Shown: positions 47,089-56,279 of the stretch, in pieces
Numbering within the stretch: the first letter of the stretch is position 1
How the letters are laid out: each line of letters starts with the position of its first letter
Source of the DNA: a virus
Taxonomy: Duplodnaviria > Heunggongvirae > Uroviricota > Caudoviricetes
Virus record (IMG/VR): IMGVR_UViG_3300025133_000019
Direction: 5' to 3' (one strand)
Length of the DNA stretch: 64,000 nucleotides
Program-made: the position numbers and the translations under genes
The notes under the pieces: model-generated
The model's database searches: none
Seen by the model: the letters and a program-made list of their open reading frames with translations, nothing else
Told to the model about the DNA's origin: nothing

Positions 47089-47489
47089 TAACAACTAGTA
47101 ATAAAACTTTAAGTCACGTTCCAAAAGACCGGAATAAATCACGTAATACTGCTTCTCCGAGACCTTGCCCGTATTGCGGAGAATTGATAACTCCTTACTC
47201 TGATTACGAGATTGATGGCATATACACATTCATAGATCCTCCTATTGATGGCATATACACATTCATAGATCCTCCTATTGCTCACTCTCACTGTAAAAGA
47301 TATAGGTTAACGGGAAAGTGTTGTACGATCTGCAAAGCTTTTATAACACCCTTCGGAGGTACTCAAGGTTTAGGAAATAAGGGGGCTTATCATTTGGCTT
47401 GCGTACAAGTAGATCATAGGGATTCTGTAATAAAGGGCTTACGCCCCGAAGAAATAAAGTTCTTACGAAAAGACAGGAGAACTCGATGA
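47085..47489 (+). CDS. Repeat protein 7 (2 modules, internal 33-bp duplication)
   Basis: CPYC-ITPY-HSHC, CTIC-ITPF-HLAC. Confidence 0.8.
   Translation: MITTSNKTLSHVPKDRNKSRNTASPRPCPYCGELITPYSDYEIDGIYTFIDPPIDGIYTFIDPPIAHSHCKRYRLTGKCCTICKAFITPFGGTQGLGNKGAYHLACVQVDHRDSVIKGLRPEEIKFLRKDRRTR
47211..47276. repeat. Perfect 33-bp tandem duplication
   Basis: attgatggcatatacacattcatagatcctcct x2. Confidence 0.95.
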
Positions 47490-47791
47490 TAACTAAATTC
47501 AAGTGTTGTGAAGAGTGCAAACGAATTCTAACTCCTTATTCCGAATACGGGGAATGGAGAGGAAGAGCCGTGCATCCCGAATGTGTTAGCGAACCAGAAA
47601 ACCGAGTTTGTCAAATCTGCCACAGATTTATGTCTTCCTTAATAAAAGAATCTTTATGCTTTTCTGGAAGACATATATACCATGCCTCTTGTTGGGATAG
47701 TGAACATCGCAAAGCAGACGAGCTTGACTATATACCGTCTAAAAAGACTAGGAGCACCCATGAAGTCCGATCTAAAAGACCAAGCAAATAA
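47486..47791 (+). CDS. Repeat protein 8 (2 modules)
   Basis: CEEC-LTPY-HPEC, CQIC-HASC. Confidence 0.8.
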   Translation: MITKFKCCEECKRILTPYSEYGEWRGRAVHPECVSEPENRVCQICHRFMSSLIKESLCFSGRHIYHASCWDSEHRKADELDYIPSKKTRSTHEVRSKRPSK

Positions 47792-48146
47792 TTGGTGCGA
47801 GATATGCGGAGATCTGGTTACAAGCTCCGAATATATTTATGGTCATAAAAAGTGTTATAATACACCATTTCTACACGGCCAAAAACGAATAGAATGTGCG
47901 GTCTGTGGTCAAGTAATAACTCCCTTTGGCCCTGACTACACAGTATCACTAGGTAAAAAAATAATGCACTCCTGCTGTATAGAGACTGACCGAAGTAATA
48001 AGTTAAGAGAATGCACAGAATGCTTGGGACCCATAACTCCTTATAACCCCGCCCACTTTTTTGATACTAATACTCATGCAGGGTGTTTAGAATTCACGAT
48101 AAAGGAAGACAAGGACGAGAAAAAGACTAGGTATGAAAACTTCTAG
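47760..48146 (+). CDS. Repeat protein 9 (3 modules)
   Basis: AGGAG before ATG 47760; CEIC/HKKC, CAVC-ITPF-HSCC, CTEC-ITPY-HAGC. Confidence 0.8.
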   Translation: MKSDLKDQANNWCEICGDLVTSSEYIYGHKKCYNTPFLHGQKRIECAVCGQVITPFGPDYTVSLGKKIMHSCCIETDRSNKLRECTECLGPITPYNPAHFFDTNTHAGCLEFTIKEDKDEKKTRYENF

Positions 48147-48426
48147 AAGAATTAAAAGATTTACTAAATTTACAAATTCTAACTGCAGCGTTAAAATTTG
48201 TAAAAACTGTGGTGAACTAATAACTCCATTTAGTAAAGGACACAGATTTTCATGTCACTCTTGTACTTTGGAGCCCTGCGCTTTTTGTAATAGAGTTATA
48301 ACCCCTTATACCCAGGAGTCTAGTACGCAATCCCTGTTCATATACCATGATTCCTGCCTTCATCAGTACGAGATTCACAGAATACATGTGAGGAACCAGA
48401 TGAGTAACGGTAAAACACGAGGCTAA
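48133..48426 (+). CDS. Repeat protein 10 (2 modules)
   Basis: CKNC-ITPF, CAFC-ITPY-HDSC. Confidence 0.75.
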   Translation: MKTSRRIKRFTKFTNSNCSVKICKNCGELITPFSKGHRFSCHSCTLEPCAFCNRVITPYTQESSTQSLFIYHDSCLHQYEIHRIHVRNQMSNGKTRG

Positions 48427-48439
48427 ACACGGAATTTCT

Positions 48440-48838
48440 ATGAGAAATCTTTTTTATTACAAATGCGGTGGAATCATTAAATCTGGTAACTACGATTACG
48501 TTAACAATAAGCCAGTCCATACGGAGTGTGAGGACATAGGATATCTACCTAAAAAGTCTTTTTGTATATGCTGCGGTAAATTAATTACTCCTTATGGCGA
48601 TAAATTAGCAGCTCTATCATATTCTATCATTCACGAGAATTGTCTTTTGTACGGGGTCTCTGAACCGACTAAATGTGTAGAGTGCGGAGGTTTACTGACT
48701 CCTTATAACCCCGGATTTTTAGGTCCGTATAAAAAACACATACATGTAGCTTGTTATTATACCAGCGTAATAGGAAGCCCTAAGGTCAAAAAAATAGATT
48801 CTACGCTCAATAAAACGGGACGGCACATTGGACGATGA
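48440..48838 (+). CDS. Repeat protein 11 (3 modules, first degenerate)
   Basis: YYKC/HTEC, CICC-ITPY-HENC, CVEC-LTPY-HVAC. Confidence 0.8.
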   Translation: MRNLFYYKCGGIIKSGNYDYVNNKPVHTECEDIGYLPKKSFCICCGKLITPYGDKLAALSYSIIHENCLLYGVSEPTKCVECGGLLTPYNPGFLGPYKKHIHVACYYTSVIGSPKVKKIDSTLNKTGRHIGR

Positions 48839-49142
48839 ATTTCTATTTTGCGAGGGTTGTAAACGCATGATAACTCCGTTCAGCGGGGATTATTTTGAAG
48901 ACCCTAGTGTGCATTGTGTATGTCTTTACTATCAAGGGTTAGACATCTTGAAATCATGTGTGGAATGCGATGGTATTCTAACTCCTTACAACCCTGGATG
49001 GTCGGACTTTGACGGACGCTTTGTGCATTATTCTTGTGATTCCTATGATTCAGAAGAGGATGTAGAAGATAACAAATATTTGTCCAGTCAAGACTTCTGT
49101 TGGGCTGACCGAAAAACTTGGGCTGACGATGAAAAAGATTAA
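48828..49142 (+). CDS. Repeat protein 12 (2 modules)
   Basis: CEGC-ITPF-HCVC, CVEC-LTPY-HYSC. Confidence 0.75.
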   Translation: MDDEFLFCEGCKRMITPFSGDYFEDPSVHCVCLYYQGLDILKSCVECDGILTPYNPGWSDFDGRFVHYSCDSYDSEEDVEDNKYLSSQDFCWADRKTWADDEKD

Positions 49143-49265
49143 TTCAAATGTATGTTTTATTTGTTATGGGATAGCATTCTTTACCGTGGGATAAAAGCAT
49201 GCTATCATTGCGGAAAGACCGTATCTTGTTATAACCAAGGAGGGCTTAAGTACCGCAGAAAATAA
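49129..49265 (+). pseudogene. Decayed member of the repeat family
   Basis: MKKINSNVCFICYG..* then out-of-frame CYHCGKTVSCYNQG. Confidence 0.45.
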
Positions 49266-49274
49266 AAGTCTAAA

Positions 49275-49808
49275 ATGAGAAAGAACAAGTTAAAAATACG
49301 CACTAAAATCAAAAAATCTAGATATTCTGTTCGCAATCATAAATGCGGGATATGTTTTAGGATTATGTATGATGACAACGAGTTTTCTTTCTATTATCTT
49401 AACGGAAAAGAAAGTGTCCCAGTTCACGATGATTGCTATTTTTTGCCAGACTCCCTAGAAAGTTGTGTGGTCTGCGAAAGACCCATATCGTGGTACACAA
49501 CCGAGAGATTAGAATATGAAGGCAGAGCAGATGGAAGAGCTTTTTTTCATGAAGACTGTTATAACGTAAAACGTGCTGAATGCTTTATATGTAATAAGCC
49601 TCTTACATGCTTTGATACAGACGAGATCTGGTGGGATGAGGGAGATCCCGTTCACAGAATATGTTATGATGTTGTAAATAGTCTTGTGAATTCTAGAAGC
49701 CGTGATTTAGAATGTAGAATTTGCTGGGAAAGAATACGTCCTAATGAGACATATAAGATAGATCCCGATGGTAATACAATACACCCGGACTGTGAGTACT
49801 GGAGATAA
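49275..49808 (+). CDS. Repeat protein 13 (4 modules)
   Basis: CGIC/HDDC, CVVC/HEDC, CFIC/HRIC, CRIC/HPDC. Confidence 0.8.
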   Translation: MRKNKLKIRTKIKKSRYSVRNHKCGICFRIMYDDNEFSFYYLNGKESVPVHDDCYFLPDSLESCVVCERPISWYTTERLEYEGRADGRAFFHEDCYNVKRAECFICNKPLTCFDTDEIWWDEGDPVHRICYDVVNSLVNSRSRDLECRICWERIRPNETYKIDPDGNTIHPDCEYWR

Positions 49809-50181
49809 AGCTGTGTTTAAAAAATGTTATTGGTGCCAAGAAATAGTAACTCCTTTTACCAGATCTGTTGACCTAGTATCTGATATAGGTATTGGTATAG
49901 GACATGAACATTGCGCTGATAATTCTATACGAAATAGAACTTGCTATATATGCTATAGGTTTATTTCACCTTTAAATAAAGAAACGTTGTTATCAATGGG
50001 TAAAAAGAGGGTTTCTCACATTAACTGCCATAACTCACGTAAAACTTTCTTAAATAGAACCAAGCTGAGCAAATTTCTAGATACCTGTTCTATCTGTAAT
50101 CTACCGATAGATGAAAACGACAGGGTAGCAAGTAAATCTGGGCGGAAAATACACTTAGCATGCCAGATAGGATTGCGATGA
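49768..50181 (+). CDS. Repeat protein 14 (3 modules)
   Basis: CYWC-VTPF-HEHC, CYIC-ISPL-HINC, CSIC/HLAC. Confidence 0.8.
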   Translation: MVIQYTRTVSTGDKAVFKKCYWCQEIVTPFTRSVDLVSDIGIGIGHEHCADNSIRNRTCYICYRFISPLNKETLLSMGKKRVSHINCHNSRKTFLNRTKLSKFLDTCSICNLPIDENDRVASKSGRKIHLACQIGLR

Positions 50182-50543
50182 ACCACAGGAAAAACTATAG
50201 TGGCCACCCCAAAAATTTAAACGACGGGAAGTCTTATTCACATCCCGAAGAAGACGAGTCCCCCAGATTCGGGGAGTACCACCCAGAGCCTTTGACGTGC
50301 ATGTACTGTGATCAAGCCTTAACTCCGTATGCAGAGTATGATATTCTAGATGATGAGGGATACCACACAGACTGCGAAGTTTTTGACGAGTCAGTAGGAA
50401 CAACCTGCGGAGTATGCGAAAGATTTATATCTCCATTTGGGGATACAGATTTTTATTATACATCCATAGGAGTAATACATGATTCGTGTTGGACAGAACA
50501 CATAAACCGAAGAGAAATCAACAGTCTAAAAAGAAAATGGTAA
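50178..50543 (+). CDS. Repeat protein 15 (2 modules)
   Basis: CMYC-LTPY-HTDC, CGVC-ISPF-HDSC. Confidence 0.8.
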   Translation: MNHRKNYSGHPKNLNDGKSYSHPEEDESPRFGEYHPEPLTCMYCDQALTPYAEYDILDDEGYHTDCEVFDESVGTTCGVCERFISPFGDTDFYYTSIGVIHDSCWTEHINRREINSLKRKW

Positions 50544-50908
50544 AAGACCCAGATAATTCAAATAAAGCTCCGTTATTCCTAGGCTTTTCAGATGTTCTAT
50601 TAAGGTCCTGTTATAAATGCGGGTATATTATATCTCCTTTTGATATGTCAGAGAGTTTTATTTCACTATACGGATCTTACCACAAAGATTGTGCAACACT
50701 ACTAGATACCAAAAGGGAGAGCTGTAGTTTTTGTAATAAAATCCTTACCCCCTTTGATGAAGACAGAGAACACTTTGAATGTTATATGGCCGATTCTCAG
50801 CCTAAACCAGGATGCTCTAAATGCGGGGAAGCCTATACTCCCTATAGTGATACAGATCACTATGACTGTGATACCGATCCTAAGCATGAAAGAAAAGTTT
50901 TGAAGTGA
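50537..50908 (+). CDS. Repeat protein 16 (3 modules)
   Basis: CYKC-ISPF-HKDC, CSFC-LTPF-HFEC, CSKC-YTPY-HYDC. Confidence 0.8.
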   Translation: MVKDPDNSNKAPLFLGFSDVLLRSCYKCGYIISPFDMSESFISLYGSYHKDCATLLDTKRESCSFCNKILTPFDEDREHFECYMADSQPKPGCSKCGEAYTPYSDTDHYDCDTDPKHERKVLK

Positions 50909-51237
50909 GAAAAAATAAGATTAATGCAGAAGGATCTAAGATTCTTACTTGCGGAATTTGCCGTAGAATATCTAGCCCTTACGATAACAAAGGGATGACT
51001 TTCTCCAAAATCTTAGGGATTGTTCATATATCTTGCTTTGCAACCGGAAGTGCTAACACAACTGAGTACTGCCCCTTTTGTGAACGAGCTATAACTCCGT
51101 ATAGCGGACTTTTATCTGAAGCCTGGAATGGCTATAGATACCATAAATCTTGCCGTGCCTATTTCATAAATTCTCTAAAAAAAAGAAAAGAGGATAGAAG
51201 TACCGCCAACAAAACTAGATATCATGAGAGACACTAA
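50905..51237 (+). CDS. Repeat protein 17 (2 modules)
   Basis: CGIC-SSPY-HISC, CPFC-ITPY-HKSC. Confidence 0.8.
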   Translation: MRKNKINAEGSKILTCGICRRISSPYDNKGMTFSKILGIVHISCFATGSANTTEYCPFCERAITPYSGLLSEAWNGYRYHKSCRAYFINSLKKRKEDRSTANKTRYHERH

Positions 51238-51643
51238 AGAAAATAGGATAAAAGATATTCAAAGACATTCTAGGTTTGATGATGATAAGTCTATTCCGGT
51301 TTGTGGGTTTTGTGGCCTTCGTATGAGCCCTTTTGATACTTATGAATATTCTGGTAGAGCTAACTTCTACTATCATATCAATTGCTTTCTCTGGTCTAAA
51401 GAGACTGTAGAAAGGTGTGAAGTATGTTTAGGGATGCTCAGTCCATTCGGAGAAAGTTACTATAACAACATTCACCGATCTTGCTCCTATTCTAATATGG
51501 TTTCCAAAAAATCTTGCGGGATTTGTGGTTATAAGTTTAGCCCTTTTGGTTCAGAGGTCATACTTCACTCTTCTAGCAGCGGAGGCAGGACATCTTTAGT
51601 GCATGAGCTATGTTGTATAACTCGTAAAAACCGGGTAAAATAA
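51224..51643 (+). CDS. Repeat protein 18 (3 modules)
   Basis: CGFC-MSPF-HINC, CEVC-LSPF-HRSC, CGIC-FSPF-HELC. Confidence 0.8.
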   Translation: MRDTKENRIKDIQRHSRFDDDKSIPVCGFCGLRMSPFDTYEYSGRANFYYHINCFLWSKETVERCEVCLGMLSPFGESYYNNIHRSCSYSNMVSKKSCGICGYKFSPFGSEVILHSSSSGGRTSLVHELCCITRKNRVK

Positions 51644-51645
51644 CT

Positions 51646-51984
51646 ATGGATCTTAGCCACAGAAAAAGACTTCGAGGTAACAGTAGATCTCCTAGCTATA
51701 CATGTTCGATCTGTGGCAGTGTTATCAGCCCTTATTCGGATGAGATATGCGTAATAACAGACCATGAAGGCAGTTTCATTAAGATGCAGCACGAAAACTG
51801 CTACTTATATCACCATGATAGACTAGAAGTCTGTCAAGAGTGTGGGCTAGTAGTAAACTCTCCCTACAACCGGGAAAGATGTTTATTCTACAAATATAGC
51901 TATATTCATCAGAGCTGCTTGGAATTTAAAATAGATAGCAAATGTCAGGATAATCTTATCAAGTACAATAAGAACTTGAAATAA
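51646..51984 (+). CDS. Repeat protein 19 (2 modules)
   Basis: CSIC-ISPY-HENC, CQEC-NSPY-HQSC. Confidence 0.8.
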   Translation: MDLSHRKRLRGNSRSPSYTCSICGSVISPYSDEICVITDHEGSFIKMQHENCYLYHHDRLEVCQECGLVVNSPYNRERCLFYKYSYIHQSCLEFKIDSKCQDNLIKYNKNLK

Positions 51985-52006
51985 ATATTTTGTTTTCCAT
52001 TACAAC

Positions 52007-52231
52007 GTGGAGCATAAAGTTTGTAGTTACTGTAGAAAAGTGATAACCCCGTTTGATTTACAAAAAATAACTACTATATCTGAGGATACTTTTTGTCACT
52101 CTTCTTGTGAGGAGAACATAATAGAAAAGTGGATAAACTATTGCTCTTTTTTCATACAAAACAACTCTAGCCGTCCTAAAACAAAACCCTCCACGGACAC
52201 AGATTCCAAGAAAAACTCTTACTATTCATAA
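52007..52231 (+). CDS. Repeat protein 20 (1 module)
   Basis: CSYC-ITPF-HSSC. Confidence 0.7.
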   Translation: MEHKVCSYCRKVITPFDLQKITTISEDTFCHSSCEENIIEKWINYCSFFIQNNSSRPKTKPSTDTDSKKNSYYS

Positions 52232-52273
52232 ATAACTCTTTGAATATTAAACCGTTTACTGTATTATATTGCT

Positions 52274-52579
52274 ATGAGAGCTGACCCGGACAAGGGCTTT
52301 AACAAAAGTACCGGATTCATCCTTAGGAATAAGGGTTGTAATTGGTGTAACCAGCCCTGTGTTACTTTGTACTGCTCTTGGCTATGTTATATATCATACA
52401 ACGGGCAAGTTTTTACTCATTGTATAGAATGTCTTAAAAGGATTACTCCTTACGACAAAAACATATCCCCTGTGTCTAGTATGTCTTTGGGAACGATCCT
52501 TAAAAAAGGAGTGGTCCACGACCACTGTAAAAAAGAATCATACGAAAAACGCTCTGGTTCTATTGATTTCTCCAGATAA
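52274..52579 (+). CDS. Repeat protein 21 (2 modules, first degenerate)
   Basis: CNWC.., CIEC-ITPY-HDHC; own TTGAAT-N16-TATTAT promoter. Confidence 0.75.
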   Translation: MRADPDKGFNKSTGFILRNKGCNWCNQPCVTLYCSWLCYISYNGQVFTHCIECLKRITPYDKNISPVSSMSLGTILKKGVVHDHCKKESYEKRSGSIDFSR

Positions 52580-53098
52580 AAATCTTTTAAATCTCTTTGT
52601 TTCGTTCTCACGGTCCTTTTTTAGTAGGTCCAAACAGCTAGGTATTTCGTCTCTTTCATGGTTTTTGATAGCTAACCACACTAACTCTCTAGAAACCTCT
52701 CTAATATCACGTAATTCGCCCCCTGCCATACACAATGGCTCTAAGGTTGCCCCCCTAGTTTCCAAGTAATTAGATAAATCCCTAGAAACCGAGTCTGTAT
52801 TTAGCTTTCCTCCAGCTCCCTTGTGCTCGAAAAAGTCGTCGTTTTCAAAGAAAGAGCCTCTCACTATCACATAAAGCTCCATTTTTGAGGCCCCGGATAC
52901 TCTGTGGTATTCAGCTTTAACATCTGACAACACTGAAAAATCTAAGAGACCCTTCGAAGTTCTTATTTTAATGACGTTATCACTTGTATTAATCCGGCAA
53001 TCGCAAAATCTAGAGAAAAAGTCTTCCATCCCTCGGATAATTTCAGAGGACAAAGTAACAAAGTTAGAAAACTTAAAGTCCTCTTTATTCAGAAGCAT
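52538..53098 (-). CDS. Hypothetical protein
   Basis: 186-aa ORF convergent with the array. Confidence 0.7.
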   Translation of the reverse strand: MLLNKEDFKFSNFVTLSSEIIRGMEDFFSRFCDCRINTSDNVIKIRTSKGLLDFSVLSDVKAEYHRVSGASKMELYVIVRGSFFENDDFFEHKGAGGKLNTDSVSRDLSNYLETRGATLEPLCMAGGELRDIREVSRELVWLAIKNHERDEIPSCLDLLKKDRENETKRFKRFLSGEINRTRAFFV

Positions 53099-53261
53099 CT
53101 TTTGTATTCAGAGCCTCCACCTCTTCCTCAGTAAATTCCCGTTTAGCCGTTTGCTTAAGCTTTTCCGTCAATTCCGCAACTTTCTTTTTAAGTTCAGAAT
53201 TCTCCTTCTCCAGACTTTGTACGGTTCTCATTAATTCTGCATCTTCTTTTATTGAGCGCAT
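53085..53261 (-). CDS. Small coiled-coil protein (not in the ORF track)
   Basis: MRSIKEDAELMRTVQSLEKENSELKKKVAEL...; AGGA SD. Confidence 0.55.
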   Translation of the reverse strand: MRSIKEDAELMRTVQSLEKENSELKKKVAELTEKLKQTAKREFTEEEVEALNTKDASE

Positions 53262-53820
53262 AATTCCTGCCTTTCAAAGTATACTCAATTGTATACTTTA
53301 GATTCTTGCTTCACAGAATCAGTTTCACTTGGAATAGTTGGTAACAACCACTCAAAGCCAGAGCTGATTTCTCCGCAAGCTTAAAGTTCCGCATGGCCTG
53401 CGGTATTTATACTTATTTTTTGTAGTTTTCTAAGATAACTTGGTTCTCGTTACTTAAAAGACTGTGGTAATAGTATAAACTGAATCTTTGTGTTTGTCAA
53501 TATTTATAGTGTTAGTATTATAAACACCTTTGAAAATACTTAAGCACAATTATGTTGCCTGAGTATTACTCCTTTTGACAATAGTAGTTCGAAACCTTAG
53601 TTATGTCAATCTATTTTAATTCTTTTTTTGATCCATATTAGACCAACTTGATAAAGTGTCCGGTATGCTGTAGTATATAACCATACGAAAACATGAAAGT
53701 TATTGACACAAGTTATTAAACTTGTTGTAGATAACGGGTAGAGTAAAGCCCTTGTAAGTCGAGACTTGCTAAAAAGTGATAGTATCACTTAATACTCAAA
53801 TTAACCTCCTTTGTTTTCCT

Positions 53821-53852
53821 GGACTCGGTCTACACAGACCGAGTCCTTTTTT
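53821..53852 (+). terminator. Intrinsic terminator
   Basis: ggactcggtc-tacaca-gaccgagtcc-tttttt. Confidence 0.8.
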
Positions 53853-53861
53853 AGTCCCTAA

Positions 53862-53890
53862 TTGATCAAAAGAATCTTAATCTATATAAT
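53862..53890 (+). promoter_or_regulatory. Sigma70 promoter for the kinase gene
   Basis: TTGATC-N17-TATAAT. Confidence 0.7.
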
Positions 53891-53910
53891 AAAGTTACTA
53901 TTATTTACCA

Positions 53911-54564
53911 ATGGAGAAGCTTATGAATTTATTTAAGATTTATGGAGTAATGGGGTGCGGTAAAAGCACTTTAACCGAAGCTCTTGCAAAAGAATTTAAT
54001 GCCTCGTTATGGATAGAACCTTTTAAGGAGAACCCCTTTTTACCCCTTTTTTACAAAGAAATGTCCGAAATACCCAATAATTCATATAATAAGTACGGTT
54101 TGCCCCTCCAATTATTTTTTCTTACTTCTTATATGAGACAGAATTCCGATATACTAGAGAACACTGGGAATATTAACATACAGGACGGAGGAGCTTTTAG
54201 TGGGTTTGCTTTTACAAAGACTCAATATCGAAGTGGTATGATAAGCAAGTTTGAGTACGAGTACTTTACTTCTCTTTTTAAAAATCTAAAATCTAGATTA
54301 GATATAAATTACTATACCTTTTATCTAGATTTAGACGTAAAAGAATCTTACCGGAGGGTTCTTAAACGTGCTAAAGAAGATCCTAGCCGGTCTCAGGAAA
54401 CCAGTGCTCCTATAGAATATCTAGAAATGCTGGACGAATGTTATAAAGAAGCTTTTGAGGAGTTAGAAATACCAGTAGAATATGTGGATGTTAACGGGTT
54501 AAGTATTGAAGAAGGGTCAGAAATGTTTTCTGGCCGAATAGAGACTTTAGTAAAGAGACTTTAA
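53911..54564 (+). CDS. Deoxynucleoside kinase family protein
   Basis: GVMGCGKST, EP..ENPFLPLFY, LQLFFL, R..KR..R..E, IEYLEML. Confidence 0.85.
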   Translation: MEKLMNLFKIYGVMGCGKSTLTEALAKEFNASLWIEPFKENPFLPLFYKEMSEIPNNSYNKYGLPLQLFFLTSYMRQNSDILENTGNINIQDGGAFSGFAFTKTQYRSGMISKFEYEYFTSLFKNLKSRLDINYYTFYLDLDVKESYRRVLKRAKEDPSRSQETSAPIEYLEMLDECYKEAFEELEIPVEYVDVNGLSIEEGSEMFSGRIETLVKRL

Positions 54565-55113
54565 TTTGGAGACGTAGTTACTTACTGTTTTGTTTAAGCT
54601 TTCTTTTGAAGAGATCGTTACTTTGGCTTCTTCTCTGTCCCCGTCTTCAAGATAAATAGATCCCGCTAGCCTATGGTCGCCACAAAATACTGTTCCAGTG
54701 GTGATAGAGAAAGTGTATTTCTCTGGGAAGCTAAGCTTAACTTTAATTTCGCAGTTACTGCTGGAAAGTTTTCCAGAAATAAGAGTCCCGTGTTTAGCTA
54801 GTTCCCTAATTAACTCGGAAACACCGTCTGGAAGTTTAGAAGTGAAATGTTTAGTGGTTTCGTTAATACCACTTATAAACGCATTGAAAAGACCTTCGTT
54901 CCACTCTTTCTGGGTTTGGGATATAACTGAAGACTCTCCTAATACTTTACATCGGTACTCGTCACTGCTATAGCTTATAAAAACTATGATATCGTTAATG
55001 CAGCACACCCAGCATCCTCTATCTTGGATAATGTCAGCCCCGTAAGAAACAAGGGAAGTTCTGATTATTGAAGATTCAACTGATGCCATAACCTGTTCTT
55101 CAAAGAAATACAA
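54547..55113 (-). CDS. Hypothetical protein
   Basis: Long ORF. Confidence 0.65.
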   Translation of the reverse strand: MYFFEEQVMASVESSIIRTSLVSYGADIIQDRGCWVCCINDIIVFISYSSDEYRCKVLGESSVISQTQKEWNEGLFNAFISGINETTKHFTSKLPDGVSELIRELAKHGTLISGKLSSSNCEIKVKLSFPEKYTFSITTGTVFCGDHRLAGSIYLEDGDREEAKVTISSKESLNKTVSNYVSKLKSLY

Positions 55114-55197
55114 AATCGGTAATCCGAAGAAAGGAGTAAATTTAAGGTGAAATAAGACATTTTGTTATAACAACGCTAAAACAGCATAGTAATCTTA

Positions 55198-55395
55198 TCA
55201 ATTATCCGTGGGTGAAAAGTATAAGTCAACCTCTTTCTTTAAGGATTCCCATTTACCTTGATCTAAACAAAATCTAGGTAACGACCCGTTAAACACAAGT
55301 CTGGAATCCTCAGAACACACAGAGACAGCGACAATAAGTTCCTCGTCCCAACAATCCTTTAGTCGGAGAATCTCATCTCCCTCTCTGTATTCCAC
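55198..55395 (-). CDS. Hypothetical protein, probably leaderless
   Basis: TTGCAT-N17-TATATT ending 6 nt before GTG. Confidence 0.55.
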   Translation of the reverse strand: MEYREGDEILRLKDCWDEELIVAVSVCSEDSRLVFNGSLPRFCLDQGKWESLKKEVDLYFSPTDN

Positions 55396-55496
55396 TAATC
55401 CAATATAGCAAAGTGTTGATCCAAATGCAACTGTTCGTTATCATATAGATATTTATTAAAAATAATTATTTGGTTTCTGTTTGAAATAGGAGAGCT

Positions 55497-56279
55497 ATGA
55501 ATTCAGAAGATTTGAAATACCTAGAAGAGTACAGGACATCAATAGCCGAAAAGGACTTTGATAAAAATAACCCAGGAATCAGTTGTCCAGAGATACTGAA
55601 GTTTCTATCTTTGTGCTGCTCCTCTTTTCTAGTGGGCTATACCTTTACCTCCTTCATGCTGCTATCAATTTTCGGAGCAAGTATACCTATGTTAATAGCT
55701 AGCTTAGCTGCTACCTCCCTATCAATCCACTTCGCTACGTCAAACACTCTTTATCACGGAGCGGTAGAGCCGTTTTTATTTTGGGCGAACAAAAAATTAT
55801 TTGTAAAAGCTAGGCTAAAAAAAGATCCTGATATAACGGAAATCATGGACTTCAGTAAGACCAGAATTAAAGAAGAATATAATAAAGTTCTCTCTAAATC
55901 TTTTAGAATACTAGATCAACTCCAAGAATCCGCAGATAATTTAGAGGATATTTATCATGAATCCCTCGGATTACCCGATATAAACAGCAGAACAAAAAAT
56001 CAGATTCTTGATTTAGACGAGAAAATTAAGAACGTTGAAATTAGAATAGAAAGACTAACTTCAAAAAGAGACTTATTACTGAAGAATATTGATACTTCTA
56101 AAAAATGGCTACAAGAAGAAAGAAACCTGGATAGAATAAATAAAGAACTAGAGTCCCTACAAAACCCAGAACTAATAGACTTTGACAAAGACTCCCCAGT
56201 AAGTATTGAAGGATTGACCGAAAAAATAGATGAAGATGTTCAATACTTCTTGGACTATAAAGAGGAATTGGATAACTAA
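55497..56279 (+). CDS. Two-TM plus coiled-coil membrane protein
   Basis: Hydrophobic residues ~33-80, heptad-rich C-terminus; AGGAG SD. Confidence 0.75.
   Translation: MNSEDLKYLEEYRTSIAEKDFDKNNPGISCPEILKFLSLCCSSFLVGYTFTSFMLLSIFGASIPMLIASLAATSLSIHFATSNTLYHGAVEPFLFWANKKLFVKARLKKDPDITEIMDFSKTRIKEEYNKVLSKSFRILDQLQESADNLEDIYHESLGLPDINSRTKNQILDLDEKIKNVEIRIERLTSKRDLLLKNIDTSKKWLQEERNLDRINKELESLQNPELIDFDKDSPVSIEGLTEKIDEDVQYFLDYKEELDN

Noticed and set aside
43000-52460. Recurring AACTCCTT in the array as reverse-strand SD sites
   Set aside because: It is explained by Thr-Pro-Tyr/Phe codons; other copies use ACC/ACA/CCG/CCC codons and no consistent antisense ORFs follow.
42875-52579. Diversity-generating retroelement acting on the zinc-module genes
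   Set aside because: There is no reverse transcriptase in the window and no near-identical template/variable pair differing at adenines. Similar modules differ at synonymous positions of all bases.
42875-52579. Canonical LIM/RING/PHD domains, or a eukaryotic giant-virus origin
   Set aside because: Inter-finger spacing and C3H-only ligands do not fit these families. SD sites, sigma70 promoters and intrinsic terminators indicate a bacterial host.
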